DNA from: Bdellovibrionota bacterium
Lineage (GTDB): Bacteria > Bdellovibrionota_C > UBA2361 > OMII01
Direction of reading: 5' to 3'
DNA length: 64,000 nucleotides
NCBI GenBank assembly: GCA_044345405.1
Contig: JBIJBE010000003.1
Location: 1-64,000, forward strand
This document shows, one piece after another, positions 27,479-36,124 of the stretch (positions are counted from its first letter, which is position 1; every line of letters begins with the position of its first letter). The translations under genes were made by a program, and so were the position numbers. The notes beneath the pieces are model-generated. The model had not been told where the DNA came from and made no database searches. It worked only from the letters and a program-made list of their open reading frames with translations.

Positions 27479-28363
27479 ATGTTTACTCCAGTAGGTCTGA
27501 AAACCGGACATACACTTCTCTCGAGAGTTCAAAGAGTATGCCAGGTTCTGGGCGTTTGCACCGGTATTTTGCTTCTGGGTGCCGCTGGATGTAGCCCTCG
27601 CTACGATGACATGCCGGCGTATTGGCCGATTCCGAATAAAGATTACGACAACTACGGCCCTGGGCGTTTCAAGACCTCCCTCCTCGCGGCTCAGATTGAT
27701 CGCCACTACCGAGGCTCGGCACCCGGTCCGATCGGTGTGACAACCTTCGTGAACGTTGATGATCTGTACTCCTCAAGCACTTTTGGACGCATGGTTGGAG
27801 AGCAGCTCATGAGTGAACTCGCGATGAAGGGATTCGATGTTATTGAGCTCCGTCACACCGATGCGCTGCAGTTCCTTGATCGTGGTGGAGAGTTCGCGCT
27901 TTCTCGTGACGCGGGTATGGTTCGACCGGAGCGAAATCTCGCTGGTGTGGTTGTCGGCACCTACGTGGCTTCGCCAGAGCGGGTGTACGTCAACGCGCGC
28001 CTCATCGATCCCTCTACCTCAGTCGTGCTCTCAGCCGGTTCCGTTGAGATGAGCAAGACTCCCGAGCTGACGAAGCTTCTTCGTGGAGGAAGTCTCCCAG
28101 GATCGCTGGAGCGTATCCCCGTTCGACACCTCGGAAATGTAACGCAGCAGATCGATCCAACCGAGACCTCTCGACGACGATGGAGTCAGGAGGAGGGAGG
28201 ATGGGATATTCCTCAGACAGCTCCTGTGCCAAGCAGCCCTTCAGCGGCGCTTCCGTCAGCCCCTGTTTCGCCCAAGAGTTCGGCGAGCGCTCCTAAGGTT
28301 CTGAGCCAGCCCGAGGTTAGTGTGAAGGACGATGGAGTGGGTCCGGTCGTGAAGGTTCAATAG
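27479..28363 (+). CDS. FlgO-family outer-membrane lipoprotein
   Basis: Lipobox AAGC. IGVTTFVNVDDLYSSSTFGRMVGEQLMSEL, GEFALSRD, VVVGTY..VYVNARLID. Pro/Ser-rich tail. Confidence 0.82.
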   Translation: MFTPVGLKTGHTLLSRVQRVCQVLGVCTGILLLGAAGCSPRYDDMPAYWPIPNKDYDNYGPGRFKTSLLAAQIDRHYRGSAPGPIGVTTFVNVDDLYSSSTFGRMVGEQLMSELAMKGFDVIELRHTDALQFLDRGGEFALSRDAGMVRPERNLAGVVVGTYVASPERVYVNARLIDPSTSVVLSAGSVEMSKTPELTKLLRGGSLPGSLERIPVRHLGNVTQQIDPTETSRRRWSQEEGGWDIPQTAPVPSSPSAALPSAPVSPKSSASAPKVLSQPEVSVKDDGVGPVVKVQ

Positions 28364-28629
28364 CGTTGTGAAAGGTTTTTGCTGAGGCCAAACTTTGCCT
28401 CGCCTGGTCGCATTCTGCCAAGTTCCTCGAATGCGCCCCTAGGACCCTCTTCGGACTTATTCTGACAAAAGCCCGGCATGAGCCTGCAAGCTTGGGATTT
28501 CGCTGGTAAGTGGGTTCTCACGGTAACCGTTAGTGCGACCAAGCAAACTACGATCACGACGCCCACCAGCACGTGGACTCGGTAGTCTGTTCGCTTGACC
28601 GCTGATTTGTTCGTAGCCCCTCTATCCAT
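28357..28629 (-). CDS. Small single-TM hypothetical protein
   Basis: GGAGGAG SD, one hydrophobic helix and a Cys pair. Confidence 0.6.
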   Translation of the reverse strand: MDRGATNKSAVKRTDYRVHVLVGVVIVVCLVALTVTVRTHLPAKSQACRLMPGFCQNKSEEGPRGAFEELGRMRPGEAKFGLSKNLSQRY

Positions 28630-28660
28630 CGACTCCTCCGACCCTGACCTTCGTTCCTTG

Positions 28661-28688
28661 CTATCGGCCTCGTGGGGGGGGATCTTTA
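28661..28688 (-). promoter_or_regulatory. Sigma-28-type promoter
   Basis: Minus strand reads TAAA-N16-GCCGATAG (consensus TAAA-N15-GCCGATAA), 31 nt upstream of ATG 28629. Confidence 0.6.
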
Positions 28689-28845
28689 GATTTTCCTGGT
28701 ATCTTCCTAGGTTTACTCATTTAGTAGCTGTAAACCACAGTTTTTTCTGATAGGTTCGTGAGCGACCTGTCGCCAGGCACCGCATGCCCGCTGCGTGCGG
28801 CAAACACACAGAGAATCTTTTAACTCTTTAAGGGGTTACGTATTC

Positions 28846-29538
28846 ATGAGCGCTGTTGAGACAACCAGCCATTTTTGGGTAGCCGCGCCTCCTCTCTACT
28901 CAAGCACCCTTCTCGTTGCGCCCGGAGCTGATAGCTCCGGCCAGGGGCGAGCAACGACGCGACTTGAGATCTTTGATACGGATGGAACTCAGGTTAATTC
29001 GGTCGAGGTCGAGTTTCCGAGTTCTGAGGTAGGCTTTGTTGAGCTTGAGCCCTTCACCGCCGCTCTTAAGATGCAAGGAGGGGTCGCTCACGGCCATCTT
29101 AAGGTCACCTCATCTGAAGGGACCCGACATCTCTTCCGACAGTCGATCGGCTCGAGCGTTGTGCTCTATCAAGATCCCGTGCCTGTCGCGTCACGCGAGA
29201 ACAGCTTCATTCCTGTTGTTATTGGCGGTCGACGAGAGCACATGGTGGTACTCGTCAACGGCGGAGCAGAGGAGGGGCAGATCGCGTGTCGCCTTTTTTA
29301 CGGCAACCGCTCTCCTGAGTGGACCTTAACCGTTCCCGGTAACGGAAGTCGCGTTCTTTCCCTTGAGAATGAGCTCATAGCGTCTGCTGACCAAAAAGCG
29401 TGGGAGAAGGGAGCTCTTCAAGCGTACGTTCGATTGTCAGGGAAGCTCCAGTCGCCGATAGCGGGACACATTATCGAACGGACCCTCGGGGAGTCTCCTG
29501 AGCAGGACCTGTATCGTTGTTTACTTTCTTGGGGATAG
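28846..29538 (+). CDS. Hypothetical beta-rich protein
   Basis: Long ORF; first of three closely packed genes. Confidence 0.72.
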   Translation: MSAVETTSHFWVAAPPLYSSTLLVAPGADSSGQGRATTRLEIFDTDGTQVNSVEVEFPSSEVGFVELEPFTAALKMQGGVAHGHLKVTSSEGTRHLFRQSIGSSVVLYQDPVPVASRENSFIPVVIGGRREHMVVLVNGGAEEGQIACRLFYGNRSPEWTLTVPGNGSRVLSLENELIASADQKAWEKGALQAYVRLSGKLQSPIAGHIIERTLGESPEQDLYRCLLSWG

Positions 29539-29545
29539 AGGCAGT

Positions 29546-30328
29546 ATGGATCGCGCGGCTCCCGCAGCAGTAAAAACCGTGATGTTTTGTCTCTCAACAT
29601 CATCGATTAAAACCCGTGTACATTTCTTTCCGACCGCGGGCTCCACGGCCAGTCATCATCCAATAACGTGCGTTCTCTCGCTCTTCGGTAAGGGGATTGA
29701 GAAGCGAGCGGTGATGCTCGACGGTGGAAGGCTCAATCAGCCCGATGGCGTTCGCCTTGAGGAGGCGTTCCCGACCCTTCGAAATGAAGCCTCGGGTATC
29801 TTCGGGTTGGAGATCCAACTCTCGTCTCAGCAGGGGCGAGTGAACCTTCTTTCGTCTCAAGCCGCGATCGAGCTCGTCTCGCCCCAGGCTTCGATCATGT
29901 ACTATAGCGCGCCATTCGTTCCCGATGTGGAAGAGGTTGCGTCGCCAGAGCCGCAAGGAGATCTCTCCCAGCGCCTAGCTGACGCGCGACGGCGCAGTTT
30001 TGTTGGTGTTGGCCTACAGGACGCGTTCGTAACGACCTCGCTCGTTATGGTTAATTCGACGAACGAAACGGTGCGACCAGCCATCTTCCAAGGAGTGGGA
30101 GAGGAGGCTCAATCCCTTCCGGTTGGAAATATCTCGCCTGAATCGGCGATGGAGATTCCCCTTGAAGAATCGCTCTTCAAGAAGACAACGCCGCATGAAT
30201 GTCTCTGGGGACTCTCTCGGGCTGAGAAGATCTCGGTTGGGCCGGATTCTCTCACTCCTCATACCGCTTTCTATGTCATGTATCGTGACCCAGTAAGTAA
30301 GCGTCCTGTTTCGGTGTGTGCGTTATGA
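29546..30328 (+). CDS. Hypothetical protein
   Basis: 260-aa ORF with a GAGG SD, 7 nt after the previous gene. Confidence 0.72.
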   Translation: MDRAAPAAVKTVMFCLSTSSIKTRVHFFPTAGSTASHHPITCVLSLFGKGIEKRAVMLDGGRLNQPDGVRLEEAFPTLRNEASGIFGLEIQLSSQQGRVNLLSSQAAIELVSPQASIMYYSAPFVPDVEEVASPEPQGDLSQRLADARRRSFVGVGLQDAFVTTSLVMVNSTNETVRPAIFQGVGEEAQSLPVGNISPESAMEIPLEESLFKKTTPHECLWGLSRAEKISVGPDSLTPHTAFYVMYRDPVSKRPVSVCAL

Positions 30329-31107
30329 AGTTAGCCATTTTTTCTCCGTACGGTTCCTTCCATCGCGAGAGTGGTCTTATGTACCTCGTCGCGAACTACC
30401 TCGATAAGCAGGGTGGTGATGTCGCCCAGCTTCGGTGCGATGGTGCGCTCCCCGCGTGTGGACGGGATAAGAAGCATCAGAGTGGGCGGACTCCGTTCTC
30501 TTGCTTGCAGTGCATGAGCGAACAGAAGGCGCTCGCTCAGTGGGCGAACATTAAGAGTCGAGACCTCTCGTCGTACATCGTCCCTGATGACGTGCTCAAG
30601 AGCGCTCAGTGGATCTCCTCAATCGGAAAAGCTGATCTCTATCGAATTGAGTTTCGAGGCGTTCGGTTATGGGATGTGTGCGAGAAGGAGTTTCAGTCGC
30701 GGTGGACCATCGAGTCGCTTGAGAAGATATCACCAGCGCAGGAGCGAGACCTCCGAGCGCTCTACGTTTCGTATGTCCACACCGTTGTGAGCAGCGAGCG
30801 CTTTATCGCGTCGTGGAAGCCGACCTTGCATTTCGTTGTTGGCTCGAACGATCCGCTCGCGCAGGCTTACCTTTCGCAGGTTCGACGCTCGGAGGGCGAA
30901 GCTGCCCTCTTCTCGTATGACGCTACCAATGAATCGATCTCCGTTGAAGCGCTCAAGAACGGCGAAAAATATACGACGACCTTGATTATCCCCGAAGCAA
31001 CCGAGATGCGCGCGGATCCCCGCACCTGGGCTCCAGAGCTCACCGCGATCGTGAACGAGATGCTCTCGTTCCTCGGGCATGGGGCGGATCTGGTGCCGAC
31101 GAAGTAG
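30325..31107 (+). CDS. Hypothetical protein with a four-Cys motif
   Basis: ATGA overlap with the previous stop. CDGALPAC...CLQC. The N-terminus MKLAIFSPY is glycosyltransferase-like. Confidence 0.72.
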   Translation: MKLAIFSPYGSFHRESGLMYLVANYLDKQGGDVAQLRCDGALPACGRDKKHQSGRTPFSCLQCMSEQKALAQWANIKSRDLSSYIVPDDVLKSAQWISSIGKADLYRIEFRGVRLWDVCEKEFQSRWTIESLEKISPAQERDLRALYVSYVHTVVSSERFIASWKPTLHFVVGSNDPLAQAYLSQVRRSEGEAALFSYDATNESISVEALKNGEKYTTTLIIPEATEMRADPRTWAPELTAIVNEMLSFLGHGADLVPTK

Positions 31108-31155
31108 GTGACTCGTAGCTCTCGGTGTCGAGGTTGTTCGGTAGCTGGTTGTTCG

Positions 31156-31238
31156 ACCACAGAGGACGCAAAGGACACAAAGGATCGGCCACCGGCACAT
31201 CGTGTGCCAGTTCTTTGTGTCCTTTGCGTCTCTGTGGT
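31156..31238. repeat. Inverted repeat of 9-mer-based arms between convergent genes
   Basis: accacagaggacgcaaaggacacaaagga (31156-31184) versus ttctttgtgtcctttgcgtctctgtggt (31211-31238), with inner hairpin ggcacatcgtgtgcc. Confidence 0.8.
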
Positions 31239-31366
31239 TTAGAAAAAACTCAAGAAGCTGATTAGAAGCGATGGGCGCTAGGCGAACCGTCTTACCGCGA
31301 TACCTCCCGCTCGCTGGTGCCCCGCTCGCTATAAAACGAGGCGGAATAGGAGCTACGCAAGTGTTC

Positions 31367-32677
31367 TCACTGCCCCACCGGCTCCGGCGCCTTTCTTAGC
31401 TCAATCGTAAACGAGGTCCCCTGATCCTGCGCGCTCTCAACCTTGATACTCCCGCCCAGCTTTTCCACAAGCTTCTTCACCGAGGCGAGCCCAACACCGG
31501 TACCCTCGATCGTCTCCTCACCGGCGCGATTGAACGGCTTGAAGATCGAGTCGATCTTATCTGAGCTAATACCTCGTCCGTTATCGGACACCACGATCGA
31601 GGTTTTTCGCCGCGAGAGCGCTTTTTCGGATCCGATCGAGATGAGGAGGGGGCGATCGCTTTTCTTGTATTTGATAGCGTTGCCGATCAGGTTGCTGAAG
31701 ACCTGATAGAGTTGCGTTTTGTTGCCGAGGACAACGGGAAGCTCTTGAATGGTCGTGATCTTCGCGTCGCTCTGTTGGATCTGCAGTTGATGATCTTCAA
31801 GTACCTCTCGAATAACATCGTGAAGAGGGATCGGCTCAAGGGACCGCTCTGCAGCCGAGATACGCGCGAGTTCCAGTACCCCCGAGACCAGATCTTGCAA
31901 ACGCCTCGTCGCCTTTCTGATGTAGGTAAGGGGTTCCGCGAGCTGCGGATTGTTTTTTATAGCGTCCTCCTCCTCAAGGATTCCGAGCATCCCGGAGACG
32001 GTGAGGATCGGGGCTTTCAGATCGTGGGAGAGCATATAGGTAAACTCGTTTAGATCTTTATTGCGCTCCTCAACCTGTAGCTGATTCATAACGTGCGCCG
32101 TGACATCGATAGTGATCGAGAGCGCGACGTACTCGTTCGAGGTGTTGTCGAGGATGGGCACGGTTCGGGTCTCTAGCCACAGCGTGATGCCTGATTTGTG
32201 GTAGAAGCGGTAACGGCACTGAAAAGGCTCGCCGGTCGCGACGATGTGGAGCGATCGTTGAACGATCTCTCGGTCCTCATCTTGAACGTTCGCGGTGAGG
32301 AAGGTGCTCTTGTTACGATAGATCTCCGAGAGGGGGAATCCGGTGAGGACCTCAGTGAAGGGGCTACACCACAGCACCGTTCCGTCGGCCTCATGAAGCA
32401 TCACCGCCGCGGCTACGTTTTCGGTGAGGATCTTGTACCTGGTGCGATGATCCGTGTCGGATTGTCTTAGTTGCGCGACGAGGTGTTCCAGTTCACCCGC
32501 TCTCTTTCCGATCACGGGAATCCATCGGAGAGGGCCAGAGAAACGGACGCGAGGGGTCTCCTCATCCGCTGACGTGACGATACGAGAGAGGTGAGTAAGC
32601 GTCGCGATATACAACGCGGCGAGAGCGCATAGGAGTAACGCTAGTATCGCCGCGACGTAAATCACCCATTGCTCCAT
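31367..32677 (-). CDS. Membrane-anchored PAS-domain sensor histidine kinase
   Basis: N-terminal TM, PAS/PAC, H-box SHDLKAP, N-box NLIGNAIKY, DNGRGI, GTGVGL. Confidence 0.93.
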   Translation of the reverse strand: MEQWVIYVAAILALLLCALAALYIATLTHLSRIVTSADEETPRVRFSGPLRWIPVIGKRAGELEHLVAQLRQSDTDHRTRYKILTENVAAAVMLHEADGTVLWCSPFTEVLTGFPLSEIYRNKSTFLTANVQDEDREIVQRSLHIVATGEPFQCRYRFYHKSGITLWLETRTVPILDNTSNEYVALSITIDVTAHVMNQLQVEERNKDLNEFTYMLSHDLKAPILTVSGMLGILEEEDAIKNNPQLAEPLTYIRKATRRLQDLVSGVLELARISAAERSLEPIPLHDVIREVLEDHQLQIQQSDAKITTIQELPVVLGNKTQLYQVFSNLIGNAIKYKKSDRPLLISIGSEKALSRRKTSIVVSDNGRGISSDKIDSIFKPFNRAGEETIEGTGVGLASVKKLVEKLGGSIKVESAQDQGTSFTIELRKAPEPVGQ

Positions 32678-33588
32678 GATTCGTAGAGGGAGCGCTCCTG
32701 CTCGAACGCGGATGCCGCTCTGTCGAGAAGTTCCGCTTGTAAGGGCTCCGCGACCTCAAGGTGGTTCCACGCGTCAGGAAGCATCGGCTCGTAAATCCGT
32801 CGCGCTTGATTGGCCTCCCGTCCAGCGCCGAGCGCGAGGGTATGCGCGATGATGTTAGCGGCTTTGACGAGGGCAACGACGGAGTCTTTCGGAATCTCCT
32901 GCCAACTCTTGTGATGTTTACTGATCACCGCGGTGAGTTCGGGGGTGAAGTGCCATCGCTCCGCGATGAGGTGACCAACTTGGGTGTGATCGAACGGGTA
33001 CGCGACCGTTTCGCCATCGATCGATTGGAGTCCCTCTTCATATCCCTTCGTGACAACCTTTTCATAATTAGTTGTGTGTTGTTGCAACATGAAGAGCTTT
33101 CCGATGTCGTGCATCAGCCCTCCAAGGAAAGCCATATCCGCCTGGGCAGGACGGAGCGTGTTGGCGAGTGTGCGTGCGGTGATCGCGACCGCGATATCGT
33201 GCGCCCAGAAGAGGGCCCGTAGAGGATGACGAGTGGGGAAGAAGTTAGAGAGCGCGGTGGCGTTCATGAGGCACTGCAGCTCGGATATGCCGATAACGGT
33301 GACCGCGTCCGTAATAGTTTTACTGTCGGAGCCCCGGCTGTAGTAGACCGAGTTCGCTATCTTGAGTACGCGAGCAGAGAGGCCCTCGTCGTGCTCCACG
33401 ACCGCGATGTAATCTTCGGGCTCAGCGTTTGGTGAGGTCGCCAATTGAAAGGCCTGCTGAGCGACCTTCGGCATAATTGGCAGTGATTTGATCCCGAGGT
33501 AGCTGACGATAGATTGCCGCACCCCGTCCGCAAGGGTAGGGTGTCCCTCGTTCTGCTTTGATTTGCGCCCGAACAATTTTGATAGCAT
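32662..33588 (-). CDS. HDOD-domain protein
   Basis: LPIMP, DEGLSARVLKIANS, FWAH, GLMHDIGK, FDHTQVG..IAERW. Confidence 0.92.
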   Translation of the reverse strand: MLSKLFGRKSKQNEGHPTLADGVRQSIVSYLGIKSLPIMPKVAQQAFQLATSPNAEPEDYIAVVEHDEGLSARVLKIANSVYYSRGSDSKTITDAVTVIGISELQCLMNATALSNFFPTRHPLRALFWAHDIAVAITARTLANTLRPAQADMAFLGGLMHDIGKLFMLQQHTTNYEKVVTKGYEEGLQSIDGETVAYPFDHTQVGHLIAERWHFTPELTAVISKHHKSWQEIPKDSVVALVKAANIIAHTLALGAGREANQARRIYEPMLPDAWNHLEVAEPLQAELLDRAASAFEQERSLYESWSNG

Positions 33589-33773
33589 AACCCTCTAATA
33601 AGATGACGCTTTCCTTGCGGTCGGTGCCCGTTTCGATCGTACGCCGGGTTTCCCTCCGCGGTGGCTTACTGATACCGTGGGGTATCGGCACTCCCTCCTC
33701 CCTGATGAACGATTCGGCGCTGAGGGGATGGCGATGGAGCGGTAAGGCTAAGTGCCCTGGTTTTTTCAAGAAT

Positions 33774-33802
33774 TTGCGTTAGAACCGGGGCACGGGTAGT
33801 AT
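33774..33802 (+). promoter_or_regulatory. Sigma-70-type promoter for REC-lpxC
   Basis: TTGCGT-N17-TAGTAT. Confidence 0.5.
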
Positions 33803-33830
33803 AGACCGATTAAGAAAGGGCCATTCGATT

Positions 33831-35195
33831 ATGCATACCCTCGCGAACCCTCACAGCTTTCAGGACGCAACCACCGCAAATCAACTCGTGTTAGTTGTTG
33901 ATGATGAGGCGAGTATCCGCCGTTCCCTTGAGGGAGTCTTGAAGGACGAGGGTTTCTCGGTCGTTCTCGCAGAGGATGGGGAGTCGGCCATTCGCATTCT
34001 CATGAATACACGACCAGCCCTCGTGCTTCTCGACATCTGGATGCCGGGGATGGATGGTCTCGAGACCTTACGAAAGATCAAAGAGATCCATCAGGATCTT
34101 CCCGTTGTGATGATCAGCGGTCACGCCACGATCTCAACGGCCGTTGCCGCGACACGACTCGGGGCGATGGACTTCCTTGAGAAGCCACTCGATCTCTCTG
34201 GGACTATTCAACTCGTTCGTCGCGTTCTCAACCAAGCTGAAACGCCAGACTCTGACAATGAGCCCCGATGGGAGGCTATAGAGCCGGCATCTGTTGGACC
34301 CCTTCGTGAGTCCGTAACGATCAACCCTGTGGTCTTCACGAAGCAGACCCTGCGTGGTCGAGCGATGCCTCAAAAAACCCTCGCGCACGCCGCGATCTTG
34401 TACGGTCAGGGACTTCACTCCGGTCGTAAGAGCGGACTTATCCTTGAGCCACTTCCGCCGAACTCTGGTATCCACTTTGTTGGCGTTTCAGAGACCACCG
34501 TTGTTCCAGCGCACGTCGACTTCGTTGAGTCCACCGGATTCGCGACCACCGTTCGCCTGGGTCAGACCCAAGCGGGCACGATTGAACACCTTATGTCCGC
34601 GCTCTGCGCCTACGGCATCTCGAACGTTCTCATCAAGTGTAACGGTGAGGTTCCCGTAATGGACGGCTCGGCGCGTGAGTTCTGCCGCCTCTTTGAAGAG
34701 GTAGGTTTGAGCGAGCAGGACGGCGAGTGGTACGAGATCGATATCAAGAAGGTTATCGAGGTAGGGGATGGGAAAGAGTCCATCCGTATCGAGCCAGCTG
34801 ATGAGTTCAGCGTCGATTACACCCTTCGCTATCCTGAGCCGGTTGGCGAGCAGCAGTTCTCATTCACCTTAACTGACTCCGCTTCCTACCGAGATCAGAT
34901 CTCAGCCGCGAGAACCTTTAGTTTCGTGAAGGATGTAGGACACCTCCAACGTCAAGGGCTCGCGCTCGGTGGTCGTTTCGATAACTTCCTTCTGATCGGT
35001 ACCGAAGGCGCTATTAACGATGAGTGGCGCTATCCAAATGAGCCGGTGCGTCACAAGGTCTTGGACGCTATCGGTGACCTCTTCCTTCTTGGACGGCGTT
35101 TGCGTGGAAAGGTCACGGCTCGAATGACCGGTCACTCTGACAATATCGCGATCCTTAAGAAGGTTCGTGATGAGTTGATGCGAGCGGGGAGCTAG
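33831..35195 (+). CDS. lpxC: Receiver domain fused to UDP-3-O-acyl-N-acetylglucosamine deacetylase
   Basis: REC motifs VVDDE, LLDIWMPGMDG, MISGH, FLEKP. LpxC motifs QKTL, GLHSG, TIEHLMSAL, EVPVMDGSA, ARTF, EPVRHKVLDAIGDL, GH. Confidence 0.93.
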   Translation: MHTLANPHSFQDATTANQLVLVVDDEASIRRSLEGVLKDEGFSVVLAEDGESAIRILMNTRPALVLLDIWMPGMDGLETLRKIKEIHQDLPVVMISGHATISTAVAATRLGAMDFLEKPLDLSGTIQLVRRVLNQAETPDSDNEPRWEAIEPASVGPLRESVTINPVVFTKQTLRGRAMPQKTLAHAAILYGQGLHSGRKSGLILEPLPPNSGIHFVGVSETTVVPAHVDFVESTGFATTVRLGQTQAGTIEHLMSALCAYGISNVLIKCNGEVPVMDGSAREFCRLFEEVGLSEQDGEWYEIDIKKVIEVGDGKESIRIEPADEFSVDYTLRYPEPVGEQQFSFTLTDSASYRDQISAARTFSFVKDVGHLQRQGLALGGRFDNFLLIGTEGAINDEWRYPNEPVRHKVLDAIGDLFLLGRRLRGKVTARMTGHSDNIAILKKVRDELMRAGS

Positions 35196-35219
35196 TCTCG
35201 TCTGTCGATAGCAAGAGAA

Positions 35220-35252
35220 AAGGCCACCACTACTCCTCGTAGTGGTGGCCTT
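35220..35252. terminator. Probable intrinsic terminator, possibly bidirectional
   Basis: 14-bp stem aaggccaccactac/gtagtggtggcctt with a 5-nt loop, between convergent genes. Confidence 0.65.
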
Positions 35253-35275
35253 CGTCATTTTTCAGGGATGTCGAC

Positions 35276-35617
35276 CTAGCAGAAGTTGCTGGTCTCTTCG
35301 TCGGTAAGTCCGTCCTCGTTGGTCGAGATAGCGGTAAGGATCGCCTTAGCGTCATCTCTAATCATCGCGGAGAGGCTGTTAATCAAGGTTACGTGACGAG
35401 TAACCTCATCCCAGTTTTTGGAAGCGATCGCCTCACACAGCGCTACCGCGAGTGTGCGTTGCTTCGACAAGATGGTGTCGTATGACTCGAGGCGCCGTAC
35501 AACTCCCTCAGGAACAGAGTCTCGAGTCTTGAAGGTCTGTCGAGCCTTCGTGATCGCGCCCTCAAGCTCAGTGAATGAAGCGAAGAGTTTTTCGATAATC
35601 TTTGGTTCCATGGTCAT
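35276..35617 (-). CDS. Hypothetical helical protein
   Basis: 113-aa ORF with a GGAG SD and amphipathic helices. Confidence 0.72.
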   Translation of the reverse strand: MTMEPKIIEKLFASFTELEGAITKARQTFKTRDSVPEGVVRRLESYDTILSKQRTLAVALCEAIASKNWDEVTRHVTLINSLSAMIRDDAKAILTAISTNEDGLTDEETSNFC

Positions 35618-36124
35618 AGTCTCCCTGAAAAATGTACTTCTCGAAATCCGTGTTACGTACCGCAGCTCGAATTTCCTTATTGGACTATCTGACGGCGGGG
35701 CGCTTCCTCGCTCGTCGTCGGAAGGTGAACCCGAAGGTCTCTCAACCGAGTATCTGCCCTGTTATTACGAAATCGGGCTACCTTGTCGCATTTCCCAAAC
35801 GGAACTACCGAGTCCCCTCGAAAGGGGCGCAAGAGGGCGTTAGAGGCCCGCAGTAAGCCCCTCAAAAGTCTCGCTACTCCGATAGTGATTCCCATCAAGA
35901 TCGTGTCTAAAGTTCTCATCTGTTCTGGCCTCCAACCTGGCAGATAAACGGTTTTGATTGGATACCAGTGCAAAGATGTTGCCAGGTTGTAAGGACCTGA
36001 TTTTACAGCGCCTTTTTAGAGGCCCTTATCCTCCGCAGTAGGAGATCGGGCGACTCTTCAGTAGAATAGAGGAGTTAGCCCTGTTTCGATCCACGACACC
36101 TGTCTAGCTTGAGAACACCTCCCC

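Noticed and set aside
35814-35833. GAAA-loop hairpin followed by CGCAAG, reminiscent of a c-di-GMP-I riboswitch
   Set aside because: It lacks the upstream GGCAAAC-like element and a convincing P2/P3 arrangement.
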